Below the pieces are notes generated by a model that saw only the letters and a list, made by a program, of their open reading frames with translations, was not told the origin of the DNA and did no database searches. A program made the position numbers and the translations under genes. A stretch of DNA of 64,000 nt from Hemiscyllium ocellatum (lineage: Eukaryota): NCBI RefSeq assembly GCF_020745735.1, contig NC_083409.1:20470098-20534097 (forward strand), given 5' to 3'. Shown here in pieces: positions 35,016 to 49,000 of the stretch; within the stretch, counting starts at the first letter, position 1, and every line of letters starts with the position of its first letter.

Positions 35016-35649
35016 CCTGAGCTGTGAACACCACATCCTGTCCATCACATAAGTCTCTTATTTCAAACTGAACAACATTGTTTGTCTCTGCATTACCTCA
35101 GCCTCTTGACCACAGAAACCCCAATTCCTGCTCATCCCACCTCCTGACTCTATGATTTCAATGTCCTCTCTCAGCTTCCTGAAGCCACATTCCATAAACC
35201 CCAACTTGTCTGATATGGAGTGGTCCCTTCCCTGTCTTAGAACTACAGTTGTTCCAGAATCTGACCTCACTGCCAGCCAATTCCCTCCATAGCCTCCCTC
35301 CTCCCTCACTCTGTGTCCTGCTGTAGACTCACATTCCCTCCCTCCCCCTTTCACCTTCTGTCTCTGGTCTCCTGCCCATTGCTGCTTCCTCCATCCCACC
35401 ATTGACAGCAGAGCCTTCAGACCCCGAGAGTATCCTCTCTGCCCTCCTGCCCTTCATCCCTCCCTCTCTAGTTGTTTGTGCTATTGAATATACTGTTCAG
35501 TTCCATCACTTTTGGTTCGCTGTTCCCTTGCCATTGATTTGCTGATTTATTCTAGTAAATCTAGTCTGGTGTGTTCTCTGAGTTGGTTCAAGAGTGTTTT
35601 GCTTGAGAAAACACTTCTGTGAACTGGTTTGTCTGTTTCTCCCAGTCTT

Positions 35650-36420
35650 TGTGTAAAGGTGAGACTAAGCGTGTAAATGCTGTCATTTCATGGAGCAATC
35701 CAGTCAGTCCCACCCCCTCTCCTACTCGACCCCCAGAGCCTTGCAGGTTTATTTCCATCAAGAGCCCATCCAATCTGCCATTGCAATAACTGAGTGTCTT
35801 CACCTGCCTCACCTGAATGGGCACTAACTTCCAAGTCATTACCAATTGCTGCTAAAGAAAACATACTTCCTGACATCCCATATCTTTTGTCCAACAAAAT
35901 GCAAGGTAATCTCAATGTGAAGATGGGATTTTGTCTCCACACGGACTGTGCGGTGGTCACCCTTACTGATACTTTCATGGACAGAAACATCAGCAGCAGG
36001 CAGGTTGGTGAGGGTGATGGTGAGTATGTTTTTCCCTCTTATTGGTTCCCTCACCACCTGCCCCAGGTCCAGTCGAGCAGCTGAATTAGGTGGAGCGTGA
36101 CCACCTTGCTCAGCAATGATGCTTCTGAGCAGGTCTTGATGGTGGACTTTGAAGCCCCTTACTCAGAGTATATCCTGCATCTTTCCCTCCCTCAGTGCTC
36201 CCTCCAAGTGTTGTTCAACATGGAGGAGGACTGACTGCTCAGTTGAAGTTGGAGCGGAGGGCGGTGCTATGTGGTAATCAGCAGGAGGTTTCCTTCCCCA
36301 TGTTTGACCAGCTGTCATGAGGCTTCATGGGTTCCATAGTTAATGGTGAGGACTCCCAGGGCAATCCCTTTCCGACTATACACACCACTGTGTTGCCTCC
36401 CCTGCTTGGTCTATCCTGCC
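35650..36420 (-). mobile_element. L2/Crack-like LINE endonuclease fragment
   Basis: VREPIRGKNILTITLTNLPAADVSVHESISKGDHRTVRVETKSHLHIE; same family and orientation as 63130-64000. Confidence 0.7.
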
Positions 36421-36591
36421 AGTTAAAAACTGAATGAAGGAACAATTCTGTGCAGGTTTCACAGCTTGGAGACAGAGCTGCTGCTGGATTCTGTTTCTGA
36501 TCGCCGAGTGCAGGCGTGTGTGTTTGTGAGAGAGTGACTGTCCTTTTTTCCATCACTGTGCTGTTTCTGAAAAGAAAAATCCCAGAACCAG

Positions 36592-37490
36592 CCTCCTGTG
36601 CTGTCAGGTTCCAGGGAGTGCAGACAGTTCACAGTTTTCTCCCATCTCAGTAACAAACACCCAGCTGCTCCCAGCTCCTTCTTTCACTTCCTCTTTTGGT
36701 GAAGTTTCAACCTTGCGATCTGACAGTCTTTGCAGTTATTTTTTACACTGGGGCTTTCTGCTGTGGTCAGAACCTCTAATAATAAGTGTCCAATCTGTGA
36801 CAATCACAGCAGCTAAGAGCAGTCAGGACTGAGGAGCCAGGCTCACTGGGAAACACATTGGGAAGATCAAAGCCATCCCCTTCAGATCCTGGTATAAACT
36901 CCTTCCCTCTCCCTGAGCACTGTCTGCTGCTCAACCAGACTCTTTACAAACTTGGCCTCATCTTTGGGGCCGATCTGAGCACCATACCCTCCATCTCACA
37001 AAGATCAGCCACTGAAAATCTCTGTCATGTGTATGGGACTCCAAACATGACCATACCAATGTTGTGCTTGCACACATCACAGCCACTGCCCTCCGTAACC
37101 TTCAGCTCATTCCAAATTCTGCTGCCCATATCCAAACTCACATCAAATCCCATTCCTCCATCCCCCTGCACCCTGTGCCTACATTGGCTCCTGGTCCAGC
37201 AACACCTCGATTTTCAAATTCTCATCCTTGTTCTCAAGTCCCTCCCTGTCCTCCACTCTCCCTATCTCTGTAACCTCCTCCAAACTGCCTCACTCAGTGT
37301 GATCAACAATCTTGGATATATGGCTGTCTATTCTTTCATCCAAGTCATTTAGAAATATCGTGAAATGCTGAGGTTCCGGCCCAGTTCCCTGGGGACACCA
37401 CTATCCACATTTTAGTCATTGGAGAGCACACACATTATCCATCCTCTCTGTCTCCTACCTCCAAACTAATTCCTGACCAAAGATAAATAC
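36592..37490. repeat. Left copy of a ~0.9 kb inverted duplication (mirror of 61130-62048)
   Basis: 36600-36860 matches the reverse complement of 61780-62040 without gaps; ORFs 36858..37352+ and 61445..61783- both start MGRSKPS. Confidence 0.95.
36660..36795. promoter_or_regulatory. Candidate B-cell enhancer, copy 1 (E-box, EICE, RUNX, MEF2, CCAAT)
   Basis: CAGCTG 36662-36667, TTTCACTTCC (=GGAAGTGAAA) 36682-36691, TGTGGT 36762-36767, CTAATAATAA 36776-36785, CCAAT 36790-36794. Motif-based only. Confidence 0.55.
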
Positions 37491-37499
37491 TTTTCTCTA

Positions 37500-39900
37500 A
37501 CTGGCGAGAATGGGAGAAAGCAGAGGGACATAGTGGAAGGATACTTGTCAGACTGGAGGCCTGAGTCTAGTGGAGTGCCTCAGGATTGATGCTGGGTCCA
37601 TTACTGTTTGTTATCAATATCAATGATTTAGAAGACATTCCATTAGCTGGTATTGTGGACAATGAGGAAGGTTATCAGATATTGTAGCAGGACCTTGATC
37701 AACTGTGGAAGTGGGAAAAGAAATGATAAATTGAGTTTAATGTAGATAAATATGAGGACTTGCATTTTGGAAAGTTAAATCAAGGTAGGAGTTTCATGGT
37801 GAATGGTAAGGCCATAAGGACTGTAGTGGAACAGTGGGATCTCGGAGTTCAGGTGCACAGTTCCCTGAAAGTTGAGTCACAGTTAGACAGGGCAGTGAAG
37901 AAAGCTTTTGGCACACTGGCCGTCATCAGTCAGGGCACTGGGTGTAGAAGGTGGGAAGTTATGTTTCAATTGTACATGATGTTGGTGAGGCTGCACTTGG
38001 AGTATTGTGTTCAGTTTTGGTCACCTTGTTATATGAAGGATATTATTAAACTGGAAAGAGTGCAGAATAAATTTACAAGGATGTTGCCAGGTTTCAACAT
38101 CTGAGTTTTTGGGAGAGGTTGGACAAGCTAGGACATGTTTCTTAAGAGTGTCGGAGAGTAAAGGGGAATCTTTTAGAAGTGTATAAGATCTTGAGAGACA
38201 TGGATTGGGTGAATGCACTCAGTCTTTGTCCCAGGGTTGGGGAATCAAGGACTAGAGGGCATCAGTTGAAGGTTAGAATAAACGGGAACCTGAGGGGCAA
38301 CATTTTTACGCAGAGGGTGGTACTCGTATGGAATGAGCTGCCAGCTGAAGTGATTGAGGCTGGTACATTAACAACATTTAAAAGGCATTTGGACAAATAC
38401 ATAGATAGTATGTAATTTGAAGGATATGGGCCAAATGGAGGGAAATGGGGTTAGTGTGGGTGGATATTTTGGTCAGCACGGTCCAGTTTGGGCCAAAGGG
38501 CCTGTCCCTGTGCTGTAGGACTCGATGACTCTGCGACTCTATAATTCCATATGTTTCCATGTTTATGAACAGTCTCTCAAACATAGAAACAGAGGAACTA
38601 GGAGCAGGAGGAGGCCGTTCAGCCCTTCAAGTCAGCTCTGCCAATCAATATGACCATGGCTGATCATCCAACTTAGTCTCCTGTTCCCACTTTTTCTCCA
38701 TAACCTTTAATCCCTTTCGCCTTCTTGAAAACATTTAATATTTTGGGCTCAATTGCTTTCTGTGACAAAATATTCCACTAGCTTCCCACTCTCTGGCTAA
38801 AGAAATGTCTCCTCATCTCAGTCTGAAATGGCCTTTCCCTTTTCTTTAAACTGTGATTCCTGGTTCTGGACTCTCCAGTCATCAGGAACACAATTCCCGT
38901 GCTTACCGGTCTTGTCCTGTTAGGATTTTACAGGTTTCAATGTGTTTCCTCTCAAATTTCTAAACTCCAGTGAATATAATCCTAACAAATCCAGTTTCTC
39001 ATCAGATCTAAATGCTGTCCTCCCAGGAATCAGTCTGGTAAACCTTCGCTGCCCTCCTTCCACAGCCAGAACATCCTTCTTCAGATAAGGAGTCCAAAAC
39101 TACCCACGACAGAATCATAAAATCATACAGTATAGAAGAGGCCCTTCAGCCCATTAACTGTGTACCAGCCAAACTACACTAAACCTACACCAGTCCCACT
39201 TTCCAACATGAGGCCCATAGCTTGAATGTTCTGATATTTCAACTGCTCACCCAAGTACTTTTTAAAGTTTGTGAGGTTTCCCACCTCAACTACTTTCCCA
39301 GACTGTGTATTCCAGACCCCCCACCATCCTCTGGGTCAAAAACACTTTCCTCAAAACATCTTGAAACCTCCTATCTTTGACATTGAATGTGAACCAACTT
39401 GTTATTGACCCTCCCAAGAAGGAGAACAGCTGCTTTCTCTCCTCCCTGTCCATTCCCCTCATCACCTTATACACTTCGATCAGGTGCCCCTCCACCTTCT
39501 CTGCTCTGAAGAAAACAACCCGAGATGATCCAATTTCTCTTCATCACTGAGAGGTTCCATCCCACACAACATCCTAGTGATTCCCCTCTGCACCCCATCC
39601 AGTGCAATCACATCCTTCCTACAATGTGGTGACCTTAACTGCACACAGTACTCCAGCTGTGGCCTAACCAATGTTCTGCTTAACTGCAGCATATCCACCT
39701 GCTTTTATAGCCAATACCTGACATGACAAAGGCAAGTGTCCCCTATGCCTTCTTAACTGCTCTGTTAACCTGTCTTGCCACATTCATTGATCAGTGGAGA
39801 AGCACCCAAGATCACTCTGTTCTTTTGAGCTTCCTCAGTTCAAAGAACAAAGAGCAATGAAAATTATAGCACAAGAACTGGCCCTTTGGCCCTACTAGCC
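37500..39900. mobile_element. Cluster of CR1 3' fragments in both orientations
   Basis: LVRLHLEYCVQFWSPCY…ERVQNKFTRMLPG (37760..38104+); minus-strand copies at 39286-39698. Confidence 0.8.
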
Positions 39901-42900
39901 TGCACTGGTCCATATCATCCACTGAAACCTATTATCAATTTTCCAATGGTCTGTCTCCCTTTGCTCCCTGCCCATCCATGTTTGTATCTAGATATATCTT
40001 AAATGATGTTATTGTGCCTGCCTCTACCACCTCCACTCGCAACATGCTCCAGGATCAATCACCCCCTGTGTGAAAAACTTTCCATACATATCTCCTTTAA
40101 ATGTTTCCACTCTCACTTTGAACTCATGACCCAGAGTAATTGAGTCCCCCACTCTGGGAAAAAGCTTCTTGCTATCCACCCAGTCTATATCTCTCATGAT
40201 TTTGTAGACCCCAATCAGGTCCCCCCTCAACGTTCGACTTTGTAATGAGAATAATCCTAATCTACTAAGCATCTCTTCATAGCTAGTTCCCTCCATACCA
40301 GGCAATCCTGGTGAACCTCCTCTGCACCCTTTCCAAAGCATCCACATCTTTCTGGTAATGTGGCAACCAGAACTGTACACAGTATTCCAAATGTGGCCAA
40401 GCCAAAGTCTGACATAATTCTAACATGACCTTCCAACTCTTGTACTGAATACCACGTCTGGTGAAGGAAGGTATGCCATATGCCTTCTTGAACACTCTGT
40501 TGACCTGTGTTGCCACCTCCAGGGTACAATGGACCTGAACACCCAGGTCTCTCTGGGCATCAATTTTCCCAGGGTGTTCCATTCACCGTACAGTTTACTC
40601 CAGATTTGGATCTTCCAAAATTCATCAGATCGCATTTGCCTGGATTGAACTCCATCCATCCGTTTCTCTGCCCAACTCTCCAATCTATCTATATTCCGCT
40701 GTATTCTCTGACAGTCCCCTTCACTATCTGCTACTCCACCAATATTAGTGTCATCTGCAAACTTGTTAATCAGACCACCTATACCTTCCTCCATATCATT
40801 TATGTATATCAAAAACAAGAGCGGTACCAGCACAGATTCCTGTTCTCCATTCTGAGAAACTCCTTCCACTACTATTGTCTGTCTCCTGTTGCCCAGCCTG
40901 TTCCCTATCCATCTAGTGAGTACACTCTGGACCCCATGCGACTTTAATTTCTTTATCAGGCTGCCATGGGGAACTTTATCAAACACATTCCTGAAATCCA
41001 TGTGTATGACATCCACAGCCCTTCCCTCATCAATCAACTTCATCACTTTTTCAAAAGATTCTATAAAGTTGGTAAGACATGACATTCCCTGCACAACTTC
41101 ATGCACCTTATAACTGATAAATCAATGTTCGTCCAAATGTAAACAGATCTTATCCCTCAGTATCTTCTCCAGCAGCTTCCCTACCACTACATCAGGCTCA
41201 CTGGTTCATACCTGGATTATCTTGGCTACTCTTCTTAAACATCAGTAATTCTCCAGTCCTCTGGGACCTCATCCATGTTCAAGGTTGCTACAAAGATATC
41301 GATTAAGGCCCCAGTTATTTCCTCTCTTGCTTCCCTCAGTAAGCTGGGATCGATCCCATCCTGACCTGGGGACTTGTGCACCTTGATGCCTTTTAAAATA
41401 CCCAACATTTTCTCCTTTCTTAAACCAACTTGAACCTGAGTAATCAAACATCTATCCCCAATTTCAACATCTGTCATTTCCCTCTCCTTGGTGAATAGCA
41501 ACGTAAATCACTCATTAAGAATTTCATCCATTTTCTCTGACTCCACACATAACTTTCCTCCTTTGTCCTTGAGTGGGTCAACTCTTTCTTTAGTCACTCT
41601 CTTGCTCCTTATATATGAATAAAAGGATTTGGGATTTTCCTTAATCCTGTTTGTGAATGATATTTTGTGACCCCTTTTAGCCCTTTTAATTCCTCACTTC
41701 AGATTGGTCCTACTTTCACGATATTCTTCCAAAGCTTTGTCTGTTTTCAGCTACCTAGACCTTATGTATGCATCCCTTCTCCTCTTAGCTAGTCTCACAA
41801 TTTCATCTGTCATCCAGCGTTTCCTAATCCTGCCATTTCAATCCCTTATTGACATGTCTGTCCTGACTCTAGTCAACCTCTGTTTAAAAGCCTCCCACAT
41901 ATCAAATTTCAGAACAGAAATGCAGAGACTTTTCTTCAGCCAGTGAACGGTGGGCCTGTGAAATGCATTGCCGCAGAGTGCAGTTGAGGCCGGGACACTA
42001 AATGTCTTCAAGGCAGATATTGATAAATTCTTGATGTCACAAGGAATTAAGGGCTATGGGAAGAACGTGGGTAAGTGGAGTTGAAATGCCCATCAGCCAC
42101 GATTGAATGGCGGAATGGACTCAATGGGCCGAATGGCCTTACTTCCACTCCTATGTCTTATGGTTTATGGTCTAAATGTGGATTTCCCTTTAAACAGCTG
42201 CTCCCAATCCACATTCCCCAGCTCCTGCCAAATTTTTCTATAGTTGGCCTTCCCCCAGTTTAGCCGCCTTCCTTTCAGACCGCTCTCGTCTTTGTCCATG
42301 AGCATTCTAAAACTTATGGAACTGTGGTCACTGTTAACAAAATAATCCCCTACTGAAATTTCAACCACCTGGCCGGGCTCATTCCCCAATACCAGGTCCG
42401 GTATGGCCCCTTCCTGAGTTAGACTATTTCCACATTACTCTGTAAAATCCTCCTGGATGCTCCTTACAAATTCTGCTCCATCTTAACTTCTAACATTAAG
42501 TGAATCCCAGTCAATGTTGGGAAAATTAAAATCTTCCATCACCACCACCTTGTTACTCCTACATCTTTCCATAATCTGTTTACATATTTGTACCTCTATC
42601 TCACGTTCACTGTTAGGAGGCTTGTAGGATAGCACCAACATTGTTACTGCACCCTTCCTGTTTCTGAGCTCTGCCCATATTGCCCCACTGCTCGAGTCCT
42701 CCATAGTGCCCTCCTTCAGCACACCTGTAATATCCTCTCTATCCTCTCTGACCAGTAATGCAACTCCTCCATCCCTTTTACCTCCCTCTCGAACCCATCT
42801 GATACATCTGTATCCTGGGATATTTAGTTGCCAATCTTGCCATTCCCTCAACCACATCTCAGTAATAGCAATAACATCATACTCCCAGATACTAATCCAA

Positions 42901-43370
42901 GCCCTAAATTCCTCTGCCTTACCTACTACGCTTCTCACATTAAAACAAATGTGCCTAAGACAATTTGTTCCTTTGGCGTTCATCATCTGCTCCCTACCAA
43001 CTCTTAACCTTAGTCACGCTGACTTCAATATCTAGTTCCTGACAGGCTTTAGTTACTCCCTCCTTATTGCCCACTAACTTCCTCATTTGGTTCCCATCCC
43101 TCTGCTACACTATTTTGAACCCTCCCCAAGAGTGTGATCAAACACATCCCTCAGGACATTGGTTCCAGTCCTGCCCAGGTGTAGACCGCTCGATTTGTAA
43201 TTGTCTCACCTCCCCAGGAACCAGTCCCAATGTCCCAAAAATCTGAACCCCTCCCTCCTGCACCATCTCTCAAGCCACGCATTCATTCTGCCTATACTTT
43301 CATTTTGACTCTGACTAGCACATGGCACTGGGAGCAATCCTGAGATTACTACCTCTGAGATCCTACCATA
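39900..43370 (-). mobile_element. Near-full-length decayed CR1 (ORF1 end, endonuclease, RT)
   Basis: ORF 43206..43412 (esterase end), 42483..42986 (ICFNVRSVVGK…IAITEMWL…DFNFPNIDW), 40420..41106 (CLTNFIESF…MDFRNVFDKVPHG…KFADDT). Another CR1 3' end is inserted at ~41920-42170. Confidence 0.9.
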
Positions 43371-45200
43371 AGACCAAAAGACCATAAGACATAGGAGTGG
43401 AAGTAAGGCCATTCAGCCCATCGAGTCCACTCTGCCATTCAATCATGGCTGATGGGCATTTCAACTCCACTTACCCGCATTCTCCCCGTAGCCCTTAATT
43501 CCTCGAGACAACAAGAATCGATCGATCTCTGCCTTGAAGACATTTAGTGTCCCGGCCTCCACTGCACTCTGCGGCAATGAATTCCACAGGCCCACCACTC
43601 TCTGGCTGAAGAAATGTCTCCGCATTTCTGTTCTGAATTTACCCCCTCTAATTTTAAGGCTGTGTCCATGGGTCCTAATCTCCTCTCCTAACGGAAACAA
43701 TTTCCTTGCCTCCACCCTTTCCAAGCCATGTATTATCTTGTATGTCTCTATTAAATCTCCCCTGAATACAATCCCAAGATCCTCAGCCGTTCCTCATATG
43801 TTAGATCTACCATTCAAGGGATCATCCGTGTGAATCTCCGCTTGTCACATTCCAGTGCCAGTATGTTCTTCCTGAGGTGTGGGGACCAAAACTGGACACA
43901 GTACTCCAAATGGGGCTAACCAGAGCTTTATAAAGTCTCAGTAGCACAACGGTGTTTTTATATTCCAACCCTCTTGAGGTAAGTGACAACATTGCATTTA
44001 CTTTCTTAATCACGGACTCAACCTGCATATTTACCTTTAGAGAATCCTCGACTAGCAATCCCAGAACCCTTTGTACTTTGGCTTTACGAATTTTCTCACC
44101 GTTTAGAAAGTAGTCTATGCTTTTTTTTGCCAAAGTGCAAGACCTCGCATTTGCTCATGTTGAATTCCATCAGCCATTTCCTGGACCACTCTCCCAACCT
44201 GTCTAGATCCTTCTGTAGCCTCCCCACTTCCTCAGTACTATCTGCCTGTTCACCTAACTTCGTATCATCTGCAAACTTCGTTATAATGCCCCCAGTCCCT
44301 TCATCCAGATCATTAATATATATAATGCGAAAAGCTGTGACCCCAACACTGAACCCTATGGGACACCACTCGTCACCGGCTGCCATTCCGAAAAAGAACC
44401 TTTCATTCCAACTCTCTGCCTTCTGTCAGACAGCCAATCCTCAATCCATCCCAGTAGCTCACCTCGAACACCATGGGCCCTCACCTTGCTCAGCAGCCTC
44501 TCGTGTGGCACCTTATCAAAGGCCTTTTGGAAGTCTAGATAGACCACATCCACTGGGTTTCCCTGGTCTCACCTACTTGTCTCCTCTTCAAAGAATTCCA
44601 ACAGGTTTGTCAGGCATGACCTCCGCTTACTGAATCCTCGTTGACTTGTTCTAATCAGACTCTGCTCTTCTAAGAATTTAGAAACCTCATCCTTAATGAT
44701 GGATTCTAGAATTTTACCAACAACCGAGGTTAGGCTAATTGGCCTATAATTTTCCATCTTTTGTCTTGATCCTTTCTTGAACAAGTGGGTTACTACAGCA
44801 ATCTTCCAATCATCCGGGACTTTCCCTGACTCCAGTGACTCTTAAAAGATCTCAACCAATGCCTCTGCTATTTCCTCAGCCACCTCTCTCAGACCTCTAG
44901 GATGTATCCCATCAGGGCCAGGAGATTTATCAATTTTAAGACTTTTTAGCTTTTCTAGCACTATCGCTTTTGTAATGGCAACCATACTCAACTCAGACCC
45001 CTGACTTCCTTTATTCAGGAATTTTAATATGGTTCCTAACTCCCTAAATTCTGCTTGTAGGACCTCATTCCATTTATTACCAATATCATTCCTACATGAA
45101 CCATCACAGCTAGCTGTTCACCTCTGCCTTCAGAATATCCTGCAGCCGATCTGAGACATCCCTGAGCCGTATAACTGGGAGGTAACATACTATTCGTGAG
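43370..45200 (-). mobile_element. CR1 RT to 3' end, internally deleted
   Basis: NYRPISLTSVVGKILE; LDFQKAFDKVPH; KFADDTKL; repeated tail ataagac at ~43368-43392. Confidence 0.9.
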
Positions 45201-46079
45201 TCTCATTTTTGACCACAGAACCGCCGATCTACTCCCCTTACAAAGTCCAAACAAACCATATCCATGGGCCCCCCTTATCAAATCCACTTGCTACATCCTC
45301 ACACAATTCCAGTCGATTTCCCTTTCGACAATCCATGCTGACTCTGTCCAGTTCTGTCACTGTTTTCAAAGTGCTAAGCTATAAAATATTTTATAATGAA
45401 CTTGGGCATTTTCTCCACTGCTGATTTCTGGCTAATTGGTCTAAAATTTCTTATTTTCCCTCTCTCTCTCTTTCAATAATTTTGTTAAATTAACTCCCTC
45501 CACTCTGTAGGATCTATTCCACAGTTGAGAAACAGATAACCATCAATGTTTCTAATATTTTACAACCACTTCCTGAAGCACTCCTGAAAATAGATTATTT
45601 GGCCCTGCTGATTTAACACACTTTAGTTTTCCCAGAACCATTTTCCCCCAACAACTGACTTCCTTCAGCTCCTTCCTCTGATAAAACTCCAAGTTCACCA
45701 ACATATCTGAGATTTATTTGAGAATTAATTTGTGCAGAAAGATCCAGAATATGTTTATCTGTCATCTCTTTGTTCCAACGATAACATTATAACACTTGTG
45801 TGGAACTTCCTTGTATGTCATCTGGACGTCCATATAAACAACACATTCCCTTATCTCACACATTAGTGACCTCGTTAAAACATGTAACCAGGTTAATTAA
45901 AGATATCTGACCCTTTTTAAATCCATGCTGACTTACTCTGATCTGGTCATATTTGTCAGACATTCTGTCTCTAAAACCAGATTCAACTACTTCCCAACAA
46001 TAGACATTCAATAGAGATGTTCATTGTGAGTGAGGTGAGTAAACAGTGAGCACTGACATGATGGGCTGAACAGCCTCCT

Positions 46080-49000
46080 CCTAGAGTCACAGAGTCAAAG
46101 AGATGTACAGCATGGAAACAGACCCTTCGGTCCAACTTGTCCATGCTGACCAGACATCCCAACCCAATCTAGTCCCACCTGCCAACTCCTGGCCCAGATT
46201 CCTCCAAACCCTTTCTATTCATATACCCATCCAGATGCCTTTTAAATGTTGCAATTGTACCAGCCTCCACCACTTCCTCTGGCAGCCCATTCCATACTCG
46301 CACCACCCTGTGCGTGAAAAAGTTGCTCTTCAAGTCCCTTTTATATCTTTCCCCTCTTACCCTAAACCCATGCCCTCTATTACTGGACTCCACCAGCCCA
46401 GGGAAAAGACTTGGTCTCTTTGCCCTATCCATGCCCCTCATAATTTTATAAACCTCTGTAAGGTCACTCCTCAGCCTCTGACACTCCAGGGAAAACATCC
46501 CCAGCCTATTTACCCTCTCCATATAGCTTAAATCCTTCAACCCGGTAACATCCTTGTCAATCTTTTCTGAACCTTTTCAAGTTTCACAATATCTTTCTGA
46601 TAGGAAGGAGACCAGAATTGAATGCAATACTCCAAAAGTGTCCTGGTGACCTCCCAATTCCTGTACTCAATACTCTGACCATTAAAGGAAAGCATACCGA
46701 ATGTCTTCTTCATTATCCTATCTACCTACAACTCTACTTTCAAGGAGCTATGAACCTGCACTCCAAAGTCTCTTTGTTCAGCAACACTCCCGAAGACCTT
46801 ACTGTGTATAAGTGTATAAGTCCTGCTAAGATTTGCTTTCCCAAATGCAGCACCTTGCATTTATCTAAATTAAACTCCATCTGCCATTCCTCAGCCCAAT
46901 GGCCCATCGGATCAAGATCCTGTTGTAATCTGAGGCAACCTTCTTCGCTGTCCACTACATCTCCAATTTTGGTGTCATTTGCAAACTTACTAACTCTACT
47001 GCCTATGTTCATATCCAAATCATTTATGTAAATGACAAAAAGTAGTTGACCCAGGACCAATCCTTATGACACTCCACTGGTTACAGGCCTCCAGTCTAAA
47101 AAACATCCCTCCACCACCACCCTCTGTCTTCTACCTTTGAGCCAGTTCTGTATCCAAATGGCTAGTTCTCCTGTATTCCATGAGATCTAACCTTGCTAAC
47201 CTGCCTCCCATGGGGAACCTTGTCGAATGCCTTACTGAAGTCCATTCAGATCCTGTCTAACGTTCTGCCTTCATCAATTCTTTCTGTTACTTCAAAAAAC
47301 TCAATCAAGTTTGTGAGACATGATTTCCCATGCACAAAACCATACTGACTATCCCTAATCAGTCTTTGCCTTTCCAAATATATGGAAATTCTGTCCCTCA
47401 GGATTCCTTCCAACAACTTCCTCACAACCAACGTCTGGCTCACTGGTCTACAGTTCCCTGGCTTGTCCTCACCAACTTTCTTAAATAGTGGCACCAATTA
47501 GTGAACCTCCAGTCTTCTGGCACATCATCTGTGACTATTGAGGATACAAGTATCACAGTAAGAGTCCCAGCAATCACTTCCCTAGCTTCCCACAGAGTTC
47601 TAGGGTACACCTAATTAGGTCCTGGGGATTTATCCACTTTTATGCATTTCAAGACATCGAGCACCACCTCGTCTGAAATACGAACGTTTTTCAAGATATC
47701 ACCATCTATTTCCCTACATTCTATATATTCAATATCCTTCTTCACAGTTAAACTGAAGCAAAATACTCATTTGGTATCTGCCCCATCTCCTGCGGCTCCA
47801 CACAAAGGTTGCCTTGCTGATCTTTGAGGGACCCTATTCTCTCCTTAGTTACCCTCTTGTCCTTAATGTATTCATAAAACCCCTTTACGTATTCTCCTTA
47901 ACTCTATTTGCCAAAGCTATCTCATGTTGTTGCCCTCCTGATTTCCCTCTTAAGTATACTCCTACTGCCTTTGTATCCATCTAAGGATTCACTAAATCTA
48001 TCCTGTCTATCCCTGACATATGCTTCATTCTTTTTCTCAACCAAACCCTCAACTTCTCTCACCATCCAATATTCCCTACACCTACCAGCCTTTCCTTTCA
48101 CTGTAACTAGAATATACTATCTCTGGACTCAAATTATCTCATTTCTGAAGGCTTCCCATTTTCCAGCTATCCCTTTACCTGCGAGCAACTGCCCCCAATC
48201 AGCTTTTCAGAGTTCTTGCCTGATACTGGCAAAATTAGCCTTCCTCCAATTTAGAACTTCAACTTCTGGATCTGGTCTATACAGAAACCCACGCAGACAC
48301 AGGGAGAATGTGCAAACCCCACACAGACAGTTGCCTGAGGTGGGAATTGAACCCGGATCTCTCGCACTGTGAGGCAGCAGTGCTAAACACTGTGCCACCG
48401 TGCCTGATACTGGCAAAATTAGCCTTCCTCCAATTTAGAACTTGTACACACTTAACAAATTCCTCTCCATCTAAACCCTAAACACTATGGCAGTCCCAGT
48501 CTATGTTTGGAAAGTTAAAATCCCCTACTGTAACCACCCCATTATTCTTACTGATAGCTGAAATCTCCTTACAAATTTGATTCTCAATTTCCCGCTAGCT
48601 ACTGGAGGGGGGCTATAATATAATCCCAACAAGGTGATCATCCCCATCTTTTTTCTCAGTTCGATCCAAATAACTTCCCTGATGTATTTCTGGGAATATC
48701 CTCCCTAAGTACAGCTGTAATGCTATCCCTCATCAAAAATGCCACTCTCCCTCCTCTTGTGCCTCCCTTTCTGTCCTTCCCGTAGCATTTGTATCCTAGA
48801 ACATTAAACAGCCAGTCCTGTCCATCCCTGAGCCATGTTTCTGTAATTGCTATGATATCCCAGTCCCATGTTCCTAACCACGCCCTATGTTCATCTTCCT
48901 TCCCTGTTAGGCCTCTTGCACTGAAATAAATGCAGTTTAATTTATCAGTCCTACCTTGTTCTCTGCTTTGTCCCCACCTGCCCTGATTGTTTGACCTGCC

